This document shows, piece by piece, positions 19,177-29,572 of a DNA stretch of 64,000 nt (positions are counted from its first letter, which is position 1; the number at the start of each line of letters is the position of its first letter). Source of the DNA: a virus (lineage: Duplodnaviria > Caudoviricetes); the IMG/VR virus record IMGVR_UViG_3300005080_000001, positions 32,001 to 96,000 of that record, one strand, 5' to 3'. A program made the position numbers and the translations under genes. The notes below the pieces were generated by a model, which worked only from the letters and a program-made list of their open reading frames with translations, had not been told where the DNA came from and ran no database searches.

Positions 19177-20495
19177 AAAACATCGCTGAAATATTATTGC
19201 AAGTAAACTCAACTTCTAGTAAGAAAGAGAAAGAGCATATTATTGGAACGTATAAAGACAACCCTCTGTTCAAGGAGGTGTTGAATCAAATTTATAACCC
19301 GTTTTTAAAAACGAATATCGCCAAGAAGAAACTAGCAAAGAAAATTAAAACGATACCTTCTGAGATATTTGGAAGTGACAAAGAGTACATCTATTACCTT
19401 CAAAACAAATGTACTGGTAAGGATATTGATATCGTGAATATCCAGTATTTCATCAGCCAACAGCCAGAAGAAATAAGATGGTTGTATGAGGCGATGGCAA
19501 TTAAAACACTTAAATTCGGATTCACTGAATCTACAATTAATAAAGCGTTTGGATATGATTTCATTCCTACATTCGATGTGATGCTTGCTGAAAAATACGT
19601 GGAAACAAAACGTGACAGCAAAGGCGTTAAGAAGGTGAAGAAGAACTTCCTTCGATACGTTGGATATAATGTTATCGCAACGCCAAAGCTTGATGGTAAT
19701 CGATGCGTTATCTTTACCAATGACAATGGTGAGATTGAATTACTATCCAGAAGCGGACAAGTTTTAGAAGGGTATACAGAGATCGTAGAAGCATTTAAAG
19801 CCTTTCCTAAAGGTATTGTATACGATGGCGAGTTACTTGCTATAAATAATGAGGGATTAAATTCTAAAGAATTGTTCCAGAAGACACAAAAGATAGTTCG
19901 TACCAAGGGAGAAAAGACTGGTGTTATGTTCCATGCCTTTGACATGTTGCCAATTGAGGACTTTAAAAAAGGCGGTTGCTCGACTCCGTGTCTATTACGT
20001 AAAAATGCGCTAGAAAGTATAGTTGAAAAGTATGGCAACGAACTTGTAGCATATGTTAAACCGTTATACATTGGAATGTTTGATGAAGAGATTATTCAGA
20101 AGCTTTCAGAAGATGCATGTGAGCAAGAAGAAGAAGGTATCATGGTTCAGCTTGCAGATGCTCCTTATCAATTAAAACGAACATTCGATATTCTTAAGGT
20201 AAAAGTATTTGAGTCAGCAGACTTACGAGTAATTGACGTATACGAAGGCGAAGGACAGAACGTTGGAAAGCTTGGCGGTGTAATCGTTGACTACAGAGGG
20301 TATACAGTAAGAGTTGGCGGTGGATATACGAAAGAAGAGCGAGAAGATATCTGGTCTAATCCAAAAAAGGTAATGGATAAAATCGTTGAAGTCCAATATT
20401 TCAAGGAATCAGAAGACCAGTACGGTAATCTTTCACTACGTTTCCCAGTATTTAAAACAATTCGAGAAGACAAAACAGAACCGAGTTATTATTAA
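19173..20495 (+). CDS. ligB: ATP-dependent DNA ligase
   Basis: KLDGNR adenylation motif, YDGEL, EGIMV, LKVK, SLRFPVF. Confidence 0.95.
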   Translation: MKNIAEILLQVNSTSSKKEKEHIIGTYKDNPLFKEVLNQIYNPFLKTNIAKKKLAKKIKTIPSEIFGSDKEYIYYLQNKCTGKDIDIVNIQYFISQQPEEIRWLYEAMAIKTLKFGFTESTINKAFGYDFIPTFDVMLAEKYVETKRDSKGVKKVKKNFLRYVGYNVIATPKLDGNRCVIFTNDNGEIELLSRSGQVLEGYTEIVEAFKAFPKGIVYDGELLAINNEGLNSKELFQKTQKIVRTKGEKTGVMFHAFDMLPIEDFKKGGCSTPCLLRKNALESIVEKYGNELVAYVKPLYIGMFDEEIIQKLSEDACEQEEEGIMVQLADAPYQLKRTFDILKVKVFESADLRVIDVYEGEGQNVGKLGGVIVDYRGYTVRVGGGYTKEEREDIWSNPKKVMDKIVEVQYFKESEDQYGNLSLRFPVFKTIREDKTEPSYY

Positions 20496-20588
20496 TCTCG
20501 TTTGTAACACTTTTGTAAAACAAAAGTATTGCAAATTATGATATAATATTCAATGTAGCGCTATTGGCTACAGAAGGGAATTGATATT

Positions 20589-21340
20589 ATGAAAACAAAT
20601 TTATTTAAGAGAGGAAGTGTCATCGGTACAGCACTACGTCCAGTAATCACTATCGCACTTGCAGGTTCATTAGCTTATGGATCGCATTTATACGTAGTAC
20701 AAAGTCACGCACTGGACAAGGCAAAAGATAAAATTGTTCAACATGAGTCATCGTTAAAACATCAGAAAAGTATAATTACAGGTCTTGAAAAAGACAAAGC
20801 TGATTTAGAATCCAAGAACGATAGCTTGCTCAAGGACAATGCCACGCTGAACCAACAGTTGAAGTCTGATGCAGATAATAAGGCACAGCTTGAACAGAAG
20901 TTAAAGCAGACAGAGTTAGAGTTGCAAGAACTAAAAAAGTAACAAGCCCTACAGCTTCAAAAGAGCCTGTTAAAACAAGTAGCGCTCCTAAACAGCCTAC
21001 TGATAACACAGGTAGCAGTAGTGGCGGTTACTCCAATTGGAGTAAAATCACGGTTAGAGCAACGGCATACAGTACATACGAAAATGGTGATGAACTGGGA
21101 GGTCGTCAATGGGGTAATAAAACCGCAACAGGAACTGTGGTACACTGGGGAACGATTGCTGTAGACAGGAATGTCATTCCGCTTGGTTCTAAGGTGTATA
21201 TACCAAAATTCAATATGGTATTTACTGCAGAGGATACTGGCTCGGCTATTAATGGTAATCGTATCGATATATTCTTTGATTCTGTTGCCCAATGTGACCA
21301 ATTTGGTGTGCAACAACTCGAAGTATATGTACAGCCTTAA
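20589..21340 (+). CDS. Membrane-anchored coiled-coil plus 3D-domain murein hydrolase, joined by a -1 frameshift at 20933-20939
   Basis: The 0-frame ends CTA AAA AAG TAA; the -1 frame is open from 20939 to 21340 with RATAYS..TATG..IAVDRNVIPLGSKV..AEDTGSAINGNRIDIF. Confidence 0.8.
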
Positions 21341-21450
21341 TTTTCTAACGCCTACGCACATTTACTACGCCTAACCTAACGCATAACAAAAACATGAAGG
21401 AAGTGAGAAAACATGCCGTATGGCAAATATTAAACTGGAGGATTATTATT

Positions 21451-22011
21451 ATGGCACAATTAACACCTATTAAGCTAAGTCTTAATAATTACATCGCAGG
21501 TAGCGGTAAAAGTACTATCGCATCGTATTTAGTAGAGAAGCATGGATTTGTCGTATACAATTTTGCTGATAAAATCTATGAGTTAGCAGAAGAACTTTTT
21601 GGAATGAAGATTAAGGACAGAAATCTTCTAATTGCTATTGGAGAAAAGCTTCGAGAGATTGATAAAATGGTATGGATTAAGGAAACTTTAAAGCGCATTG
21701 AAGCAGAAGGGAATCCTAGAATCGTAATTGCTGATACAAGAAAGCTTATTGAGTTTGCTTACCTATTGGAGCATGGATATGAACAGGCTATGGTCTTCTG
21801 TTCAGAGGAAGTTGCTTTACAACGACTTAGAGAACGTGACGGGGAAGATAATGTCAATGAAGACGTAGTTCTTAATGGTGCAACAGAGAATCAATTGCGA
21901 CCTCTCATTGATACAATGAAGGTATTTAATACAAGTACTCCGCTTGAAGAAACACTGTCAGAAGTTGACATTTATATTAAATCATTAGAACGAAAAATTT
22001 CTAAAAAATAA
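21451..22011 (+). CDS. P-loop kinase (dNMP kinase/dephospho-CoA kinase-like)
   Basis: AGSGKST Walker A, FAD, IADTR; GGAGG RBS. Confidence 0.8.
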   Translation: MAQLTPIKLSLNNYIAGSGKSTIASYLVEKHGFVVYNFADKIYELAEELFGMKIKDRNLLIAIGEKLREIDKMVWIKETLKRIEAEGNPRIVIADTRKLIEFAYLLEHGYEQAMVFCSEEVALQRLRERDGEDNVNEDVVLNGATENQLRPLIDTMKVFNTSTPLEETLSEVDIYIKSLERKISKK

Positions 22012-22105
22012 TTAAACAAAAGTATTGCAAAAGACTAAATGATTTGCTATTATAATAACAGAAGGTAGCAATTGAAAAAGCTATCGGATAGGAGAAAGAA
22101 GCGAA

Positions 22106-22303
22106 ATGATATTTTTCAAAAAGAAAAAGAAGAAAAAGCTTCGGAAACTCGACCTTAATGAAAAGACTTGGGTGATGATCGGTGAGATTTACTCAAGATT
22201 ACTTGTCAATAGAGAAGTTTCCATGGAAAACGAGGAAATTATTGAAATGGCAGTAACGCTCATGCACAGCAGAGTGGTCAAGAAGGGTATGCTTGACCGA
22301 TAA
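22106..22303 (+). CDS. Small hypothetical protein
   Basis: AGGAG RBS. Confidence 0.55.
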   Translation: MIFFKKKKKKKLRKLDLNEKTWVMIGEIYSRLLVNREVSMENEEIIEMAVTLMHSRVVKKGMLDR

Positions 22304-22381
22304 GCGGTTTACTTCATTGAATAACAATTAATAATATTCATCTTTTATTAAGGTGAGGGAAAGATTTTGGAGGCGACTTAA

Positions 22382-22735
22382 TTGAGAGAATCTGAAATTG
22401 CCGTAGAAAAAGTAACTGGTGAGATTAGCATGATTGATCCAATTACTACTGTAGCAATAGTGTCTGGCGGTGGTGTCGGAATAGACTTATCTCGCTTGCG
22501 ACAATCAGTGGAGTCAGAAGAGTGGATTAAATACCATCCATTAGAAGGCGAAGAATTGTGGAAGACAATTAATGACGTTATGGCAAGTCCGTACAGAAAA
22601 ATTGGAGCGCACTTTGATAGTCTAGCCAGTCTAGAAGCAATGTATCAGAGAGAAAAAGTATCTCCAAAAGAACAGAAAAGACGTTATCGTGAAGGTGTTA
22701 AAAATCTTCATGGTAGACGAAAGTTCTATGAGTAA
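22382..22735 (+). CDS. Hypothetical protein
   Basis: GGAGG RBS with TTG start. Confidence 0.6.
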   Translation: MRESEIAVEKVTGEISMIDPITTVAIVSGGGVGIDLSRLRQSVESEEWIKYHPLEGEELWKTINDVMASPYRKIGAHFDSLASLEAMYQREKVSPKEQKRRYREGVKNLHGRRKFYE

Positions 22736-22791
22736 GTAAATAGAACACAAAACACAATAGAGATAATTAAAATATGGGGGCAAAATAGCTT

Positions 22792-23220
22792 ATGACAAAC
22801 GAAAGAAATATTGTTGATGAATTAGTAGTGTTAGCAGAAGGTGTCCAATTCTTAAGTTTACTAAATTTCTTAGAAGATGTTGATATGGCAACTGTTGTCG
22901 TAGTAGAAGAAGTAGAAGTAGAAATCGTCCATGCGACTGGGTTCTGCACAACTGAGGATGAAGAATTATTTCAATCTGTTGTTGCTCTAAATGAACTTAG
23001 CAATGATCTTGGTAGTGATAGCGAAGTATACAAAGGTCTTCAAAAATCGCTTACAAATATTGTACGTGAGAAAATCGGTATCACAAGTGTTATCAGCTTT
23101 CATGTGAATATGAAGAATAAAGTTCTACTAGTATTTGAATATGATCGTGAAGCATCTGACGATGACCACTACAAAGTAGGATTCGATAAAAAGCTTCAAC
23201 GTCCATATATCATTCTATAA
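22792..23220 (+). CDS. Acidic hypothetical protein
   Basis: ORF; shares DDxHYKxGFD with the next gene. Confidence 0.7.
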   Translation: MTNERNIVDELVVLAEGVQFLSLLNFLEDVDMATVVVVEEVEVEIVHATGFCTTEDEELFQSVVALNELSNDLGSDSEVYKGLQKSLTNIVREKIGITSVISFHVNMKNKVLLVFEYDREASDDDHYKVGFDKKLQRPYIIL

Positions 23221-23288
23221 ATAGTAATTTGAAGTAAAAATTTTAAAAATAAACTAAAGCAAAAGTATTGCACAGGAGGAAGATTATT

Positions 23289-23834
23289 ATGACAAAAACA
23301 ACTAAATTATACGCAGATGGTATTTTCGTGAGCAAGGATGAAAACTTAATTGAAGACCTTAAGATGGTTATGGAAGCTAAGAATTATATTCCAGAAGAGC
23401 AACATGATGTACTTTACAAACAGTTCTGTGACAAAATTCGTAAATCACTAGATATTGAGAATGTTATTGGTGTTGTGTTAAGCGATGATGAGACAGAAGT
23501 ATACGTTCCATACTTTTCTATCGATGCAACAGACGATAATCATTACAAGATGGGATATGACTTTGAAGAATTTGAAGAGGGTAACTTCTACATGGTATTA
23601 GAACAGCATCCTGCTTTAGAAATGATTGACTTAGAAATTAAAGAGTGTACGAAGGGTCTTGTATCAGCTGTTAATTTTGATGATGCAAAAGAAAATTTCG
23701 AATCACTTTGTGGATTATATGAATTAAGACGTTCTATTGAGTCTTATATCAAACTACAAGAAGAAGTAGAAGAGTTTGTTAAATACATGCTTGGAGCAAC
23801 ACCTGTTGGATTTGGAATCTTGTCGAGAGCATAG
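23289..23834 (+). CDS. Acidic hypothetical protein
   Basis: AGGAGG RBS. Confidence 0.7.
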   Translation: MTKTTKLYADGIFVSKDENLIEDLKMVMEAKNYIPEEQHDVLYKQFCDKIRKSLDIENVIGVVLSDDETEVYVPYFSIDATDDNHYKMGYDFEEFEEGNFYMVLEQHPALEMIDLEIKECTKGLVSAVNFDDAKENFESLCGLYELRRSIESYIKLQEEVEEFVKYMLGATPVGFGILSRA

Positions 23835-23846
23835 GAGTGATATCTG

Positions 23847-24035
23847 ATGAAGATTATCTGTGTAGACAATTTTAATAGAGAGACACACGATGACAAGTTA
23901 GTGTGCGAGAATATCGACAAGCACTATGGCGAAATTGTTGTTAATGCTCTTAATGACAGGCTATCGAACGAGCATAGCGATGCTTACTTTAGGATAGTTG
24001 AAGATGATTATGTATTGTATAAATTTGAGTTTTAA
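23847..24035 (+). CDS. Small conserved phage protein
   Basis: MKIICVDNFNRE...; AGGAG RBS. Confidence 0.7.
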   Translation: MKIICVDNFNRETHDDKLVCENIDKHYGEIVVNALNDRLSNEHSDAYFRIVEDDYVLYKFEF

Positions 24036-24070
24036 CCAAACTAAATTAAATCGAAAAGAGGACAACTATT

Positions 24071-25477
24071 ATGTTAAAAAATATTCTTTCAAATCCAGTA
24101 ATGCTTACAGATGCTTATAATTTATCTCATCAACGCCTTAAAGTAAACACAGATTGGGAAGTGTCTCATATCTACAATCGTAAAGAAGGAATGATTTTGT
24201 ACGGGTTTGCTGAAATGGCAAATAGAATCCTAGAAATTCAGATTACAAATGAGATGATTCAACAAGCCAAAGATGCTTCTGAGATGATGGGTATTATCTT
24301 TCCAACAGAATTATTTGAACGTGTAGTAAAAGAATGTAACGGCTATGTTCCAATTCAAGTACAATCACTTGCGGAAGGTACATGGTGTCCTGCAGGAACT
24401 CCGTTTGCACAAGTTAGCAATACAGAAGAAGGATTTGGTGAATTAGTAACTTGGTACGAGGGGATTTTCTTACACGCATCATTCCCTTGCGGAACAGCTA
24501 CAGAAGCATTCCATATGCGCAGATATCTAGAAGACATGAAAGAAGAAAATGGATTTGATGAAAGCTTCCTAATTCGATTGCACTCATTTGGATTCCGTGG
24601 ACATCGTGGTCTAGAGGATGGTTACTGGGCAGGAACTTCTTGGAACATGTTCTTACATGGTACAGATGATTTCCATACAATGATTCACACTCCAAACGCT
24701 AAAATGGGTTCTATCAGCGCACTGGCTCACAAAGTAACTCAACAATATGATGTGGAATACGATGGATACATTCATACTATTGATGCGACAGCAGAGGCAG
24801 GAGAGAAAGTGGTAGCGATTGTTATTGATACTTATGATGCAAATCGCTTCATTGCAGAGTACTTAGTTCCACTTGCAGGATATGCAAAAGAAAAAGGTGT
24901 TCACATTGTTATCCGTCCAGACTCTGGTGACGTAAATGAGCAAGTTGTAGATGTCTACAAGAAGGTTCAAGAGCATGGTATTACAAACGTTACAGCAATT
25001 ATTGGAGAGGGAATGAGTTTCAAAAATGTAATGCGTACAGACTTCTTCTTTAAGATGCGACAAGTTCCACTTACATTTGTTAGCTATGGCGTTGGTGGTG
25101 GATTCTACAATCATATTGATCGTGATACATTAGGATTCGCTATGAAAACAGCATTCTCAAATGGCGCACCAAGAATGAAATTCGGCATGAATCCACTTAA
25201 ACGTTCAATACCAGATGCAGTAAATGTTCTATTAGCAGAAGATGGCAAGACAATGGTAGCTGTTCGTAGAAGTTTACAAAATATTGGCAAGTGCTTATAT
25301 ACTTTAGTTTATCACCATGACAGTGCAATGAAAGAGCCAATTGTAAGATATCCAAAGTGGGAAGAAACTCAAGCACGAGCAATGTCATACATCAATGAAG
25401 AGAAGCTTCAAGAGCATATTGTTCTAGGTGAAGACATTCAAGAACTTGTGAAAGAGTTCGAATTAAAATATTCTTAA
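24071..25477 (+). CDS. nadV: Nicotinamide phosphoribosyltransferase (NAMPT)
   Basis: TDAYxxSH, HxFGFRG, GTD (nicotinamide-selective Asp), VIDTYD, IRPDSGD, RDTLGFAMK. Confidence 0.88.
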   Translation: MLKNILSNPVMLTDAYNLSHQRLKVNTDWEVSHIYNRKEGMILYGFAEMANRILEIQITNEMIQQAKDASEMMGIIFPTELFERVVKECNGYVPIQVQSLAEGTWCPAGTPFAQVSNTEEGFGELVTWYEGIFLHASFPCGTATEAFHMRRYLEDMKEENGFDESFLIRLHSFGFRGHRGLEDGYWAGTSWNMFLHGTDDFHTMIHTPNAKMGSISALAHKVTQQYDVEYDGYIHTIDATAEAGEKVVAIVIDTYDANRFIAEYLVPLAGYAKEKGVHIVIRPDSGDVNEQVVDVYKKVQEHGITNVTAIIGEGMSFKNVMRTDFFFKMRQVPLTFVSYGVGGGFYNHIDRDTLGFAMKTAFSNGAPRMKFGMNPLKRSIPDAVNVLLAEDGKTMVAVRRSLQNIGKCLYTLVYHHDSAMKEPIVRYPKWEETQARAMSYINEEKLQEHIVLGEDIQELVKEFELKYS

Positions 25478-25509
25478 GCAAAAGTATTGCTAATATTTAG
25501 GAGGAAGCT

Positions 25510-26121
25510 ATGAGTACATTTAAACTAGGTTTTGTAGTAGGGAGATTTCAACATCTTCATAAGCAACATGTCAGAATGATTAACACTGCTTTAGATATCT
25601 GCGACAGAGTCATCCTTATGGTCGGCTCTTCGCAGGAGAGTTGTACTAAACGAAATCCATTTAATCTTTACACACGAATGAATTTAATTAGAGACGTATT
25701 TGGTCATGAAATTGAAGAAGAGAAGCTTATTCTCGCTCATACGGATGACATGACTCATGAAGATGATCATAGTACAGCTTGGGGAGACTTTCTTCTTAAA
25801 AAGATTGATATGTGGCGTGGTCACTACGGCATTGAAGATAAGGTTGATTGCTTCATTTACGGGAATGACGAAGAGCGATCTGCTTGGTTTAACCCAGAAG
25901 ATATTACGATGGTTAGCCATGTTGTTATTGCAAGAGACAGTGTATCAGCAACGAATGTTAGAAAGTGCTTAGTGGAAAACGATAAGACAGAGTGGAAGAG
26001 AAATACTCCGTCTGAAATACACAAAGAATACAATTCGCTTAGATCAGAATTAATGCAAATACCATCATATGGAATTTTAAACGTAGAATCTACAATAACT
26101 GTTGCAAAGGAGAGAATTTAA
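25510..26121 (+). CDS. NMN adenylyltransferase (NadM-like)
   Basis: VVGRFQxxHxxH, GSSQE..RNPF, SATNVR. Confidence 0.88.
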   Translation: MSTFKLGFVVGRFQHLHKQHVRMINTALDICDRVILMVGSSQESCTKRNPFNLYTRMNLIRDVFGHEIEEEKLILAHTDDMTHEDDHSTAWGDFLLKKIDMWRGHYGIEDKVDCFIYGNDEERSAWFNPEDITMVSHVVIARDSVSATNVRKCLVENDKTEWKRNTPSEIHKEYNSLRSELMQIPSYGILNVESTITVAKERI

Positions 26122-26123
26122 TT

Positions 26124-26675
26124 ATGACAGAAGTTAAAGAACTATTTCATTCAAAATGGCTTGCCCTACAGGAGAAGACTTTAGATAATGGCGGTAAATA
26201 CATCTACACGACAGCACCATGGTGTAATAGCGAAGGTGTAGCAATTCTTCCTTACAAACGTGTAGTTGTGAATAACTGGGGCTTTACAGAAATGCAATTC
26301 CTTGGACGATATGAACTATGTCCTGCACACTCAGAAGAACTTGAATTAGGTGCTATTATGGGTGGTATGGATAAAGAAGGAGAAGCACCTGTCATTACAG
26401 CTTGGCGTGAGTTGATTGAAGAGGGCGGTATTAAAGTACCTACAGAAAACATTATCTATCTAGGAACGTCACGACCTAGCAAAGCCTCTGATAACATTAT
26501 GCATCTGTATGCCGTAGATATCGACAAAGGGTTTGAAGAGGTAGAGGCTACTGGTGACGGCACTCTAATTGAAGAGGGCGGTTATTCAAAGTGGATCTCA
26601 TTGGATGAGTTAGTCAACTCAAAAGAGCCTTTATTACAAACTATGTATCTTCGAATGATGCAACAAAAAGGTTGA
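26124..26675 (+). CDS. Nudix hydrolase
   Basis: GGMDKEGEAPVITAWRELIEEGG Nudix box. Confidence 0.85.
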   Translation: MTEVKELFHSKWLALQEKTLDNGGKYIYTTAPWCNSEGVAILPYKRVVVNNWGFTEMQFLGRYELCPAHSEELELGAIMGGMDKEGEAPVITAWRELIEEGGIKVPTENIIYLGTSRPSKASDNIMHLYAVDIDKGFEEVEATGDGTLIEEGGYSKWISLDELVNSKEPLLQTMYLRMMQQKG

Positions 26676-26770
26676 TAAGTATTCAAATATTTTTTTAAAA
26701 ACAATTAAACAAAAGTATTGCAAATTAAATCGTAATGAGTTAAAATAATTAAGTAGCAAATGACGAAAGG

Positions 26771-27352
26771 GTGTTGAAATTGAAAGGGATTATTACACTA
26801 GAAGTAGAGATTGATTATGCAACAATGTTAAGCGAGGAAAACTTACAGGGAGTGCATTTATTCACTGGTGCAACGAGTGTTGAAGATATGATTAAAGCAC
26901 ACATGAACAACTTAAGCACTCAATTAACATCTGTATTAGATGGCAAGCCGTTGGTAAGATATAGTCTTGATGGACGTTTACGAAAAGATATTGTTCAAGA
27001 GCAGGAGCAAATTGAACATGGCGCTGAATTATTGCCAGAACACCCACAAGCTTTTGCAGAAGTTATTGATTTAGTTCCTGCGGACAGTGAAGAATCTGTT
27101 GATCTAATCAATAAACTTGATAAAGATATCGATGAAGTGTCTATTAACTTAGGTATCCCACAAGCAATTAAAGTAACACAAAAAACGCTTGAAGCAATTC
27201 ATCTTAAATCTGGAGATCATGAAGGTGATGCATCTAGTATCACAGAATATCGTGGATTCCCAGTTCAATTAGAAGGAATGGATTCACAATATATCATCGT
27301 TTATAAAACATATGGTGGAACTGAAATTAAGTTCTTTGAACCACAGGAATAA
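26771..27352 (+). CDS. Hypothetical protein
   Basis: ORF after a family A promoter. Confidence 0.65.
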   Translation: MLKLKGIITLEVEIDYATMLSEENLQGVHLFTGATSVEDMIKAHMNNLSTQLTSVLDGKPLVRYSLDGRLRKDIVQEQEQIEHGAELLPEHPQAFAEVIDLVPADSEESVDLINKLDKDIDEVSINLGIPQAIKVTQKTLEAIHLKSGDHEGDASSITEYRGFPVQLEGMDSQYIIVYKTYGGTEIKFFEPQE

Positions 27353-27369
27353 GAAAGGAATATGAAAAA

Positions 27370-28008
27370 TTGACAACATTAATTACTTTAGGACTTGTCC
27401 TTCAAACATTAGGTAGTGTATTACTACTAGGAGGATATGCGCCACAAATTGTGAAATTACACAAAACACGAATCCCAACTGGCATCTCATTGCTATTCTG
27501 GACGATGATTGGAACAGGATGTACGACAATCCTAGTAAACATGATTATTCATCACACATCAATTGAAGTTATTATCACACAGGCTTTAAATGCAATTGGT
27601 GCATGGTACACTCTTGGATTAGTAATCTATTGCAAGAAGCTTAAGGGCGAAGCAATTAAAGTGAACAAATACATCGTAATTGTTTATCTGGCACTAGCAT
27701 TCTCTATCGTATATGATTTACGAGTGAATGAATTAACAGTAGTAGGGGATCATATTCAGCTTGTAGGAAGTATCGCTCTTTTAACAGCTTACCTTCCACA
27801 AATCTTCCACCTTAACCGTGTGAAGGATGCTACAGGGATTAGCCGTTGGTTATTCATCGTACTTGGTACGGGGCTTCTAGCGGTCACTGGTAATATGATT
27901 ATCACTGGTACAAACGTATGGATTATCGCAACAGAATTCTTAAATATTGCCTTGATTTTCGTACAATTTGGTATGACTGTTTATTACCAAAACAAAAAAC
28001 TTTCTTAA
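27370..28008 (+). CDS. PQ-loop/SemiSWEET-repeat membrane transporter
   Basis: Two repeats YAPQIVKL..TGIS and YLPQIFHL..TGIS; ~7 TM. Confidence 0.85.
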   Translation: MTTLITLGLVLQTLGSVLLLGGYAPQIVKLHKTRIPTGISLLFWTMIGTGCTTILVNMIIHHTSIEVIITQALNAIGAWYTLGLVIYCKKLKGEAIKVNKYIVIVYLALAFSIVYDLRVNELTVVGDHIQLVGSIALLTAYLPQIFHLNRVKDATGISRWLFIVLGTGLLAVTGNMIITGTNVWIIATEFLNIALIFVQFGMTVYYQNKKLS

Positions 28009-28235
28009 ACAAATGTATTGCAAATACGATTGAAAAATGTTAGAATAGAATATGTGACTCTGAGAGGAGTAGCGGTGGAAATCACATCCTCTCAGATCAC
28101 TTTATGATTAAAGTAATTAAGTCAATAATTTAAAGATTTACATTAAGCAAAAGTATTGCGATTGTTGACTTAACGAGGGTAATCACTTCTATCAAGAAGG
28201 CAAAATAAACTAAAATCAGAAAGAGGTATTTAATT

Positions 28236-29429
28236 ATGACACAACAACAAACAGAAAAACAGAAGTTACAAAAAGGTAAAAGCTACATCACAGTGGTTGG
28301 TAAAGCAAAAATTGGGGAAAACACTTTCAGTGGCGATAAAACTTCTAAAACATCTGACTACCAATATAAGCGTGTAAATATCGGAATCGAAACGCAAGAA
28401 GGAAATAACATTTATGGAGAAATGATGGGTGGATTCAGTCCTTCTCAAAACTATCCTATCAAGGCTCGTACTAAAGAAGGCGAAAATGTTGATATCGCTT
28501 GGGCAGACCGCTTCAATGAATCTATCATCGACACATTAAACAGCTTCTCTACATTCAATATTGGTCTTATCCGTGACGGTGAAGAGCCAGAAGAAGGTGC
28601 AGAAGATAAACGTAAATTAGTAGTAAAACGATTCTTATCAGCCTTTGACGCTCACGACTATATCAAAGAACATCTTAAAGACGGTATGATGATTATGGCT
28701 AAAGGTTCATATTCATTCAATGAACACAACGATGATACGAAACGTAAATTCCAAGTTCAAGACATTTACTTAAGCCGTTCAGAAGAAGGTTTTGCTAACT
28801 TCGTACAAACTGTAATTCTTGATCAAGACTCTATTACAAAAGACTCTGTCAAGAATGCTAAAACAACTGGCGAAATCGTTGTTAATGCTCGTGCAGTCGA
28901 TTATGTTGGTAAGATTGATGGCAAGAAAATCGGTAAAAACATGCTGTTCGACTTCCCAATTACTATCAAGGTAAATGAAGAAGATCCGACTATTACTGAG
29001 AAAATCATTGCAAACTTGTTCAAAGTTAAGAAAGGTAAAGTTCGTGAAATTGCTATTGCAGGTCAAATCTTTGAAGGATACGAACAACAAAAAGTAAGCG
29101 AAAAAGACATTCAAATCACAAAAGATGTTCAAGAATTGATTGCTATGGGACTTTACTCAAAAGAAGAGGCAATGGAGAAGATGACTGTTCGTGGAAACAA
29201 GATTTCTAAACTAGTATTCACTCGCCCGTTCATTCTTAAAGATAAAGACGATGCTACAAAAATCAAAATGGACGTTAATGATGAGAAGTATGTACCAGAA
29301 GATTTAATCGTTAACATTGAAGAAGAGAAAAAAGAAGATCCAATTGATCTGTCTAAATTAGCAGAAGAAGAGACTTCTAACGCTAAAGGCGACAACTCTT
29401 GGTTAGCAGGACTAGGATTAGGAAACTAA
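28236..29429 (+). CDS. Putative phage ssDNA-binding/replication protein
   Basis: Beta-rich with acidic tail; first gene of the SSB-AAA-loader-DnaB block. Confidence 0.55.
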   Translation: MTQQQTEKQKLQKGKSYITVVGKAKIGENTFSGDKTSKTSDYQYKRVNIGIETQEGNNIYGEMMGGFSPSQNYPIKARTKEGENVDIAWADRFNESIIDTLNSFSTFNIGLIRDGEEPEEGAEDKRKLVVKRFLSAFDAHDYIKEHLKDGMMIMAKGSYSFNEHNDDTKRKFQVQDIYLSRSEEGFANFVQTVILDQDSITKDSVKNAKTTGEIVVNARAVDYVGKIDGKKIGKNMLFDFPITIKVNEEDPTITEKIIANLFKVKKGKVREIAIAGQIFEGYEQQKVSEKDIQITKDVQELIAMGLYSKEEAMEKMTVRGNKISKLVFTRPFILKDKDDATKIKMDVNDEKYVPEDLIVNIEEEKKEDPIDLSKLAEEETSNAKGDNSWLAGLGLGN

Positions 29430-29572
29430 TAGATTAGTTACCATAACATTATTATTTCAAACTGTATGGCAGAATTTATATAAGGGAGCAAGAGTAATCT
29501 ATAAGACTCCCTTTAAACAAAAGTATTGCAAAACAAACTAAAAAACAGATAAGAGAAAGAGGTAATCATACT

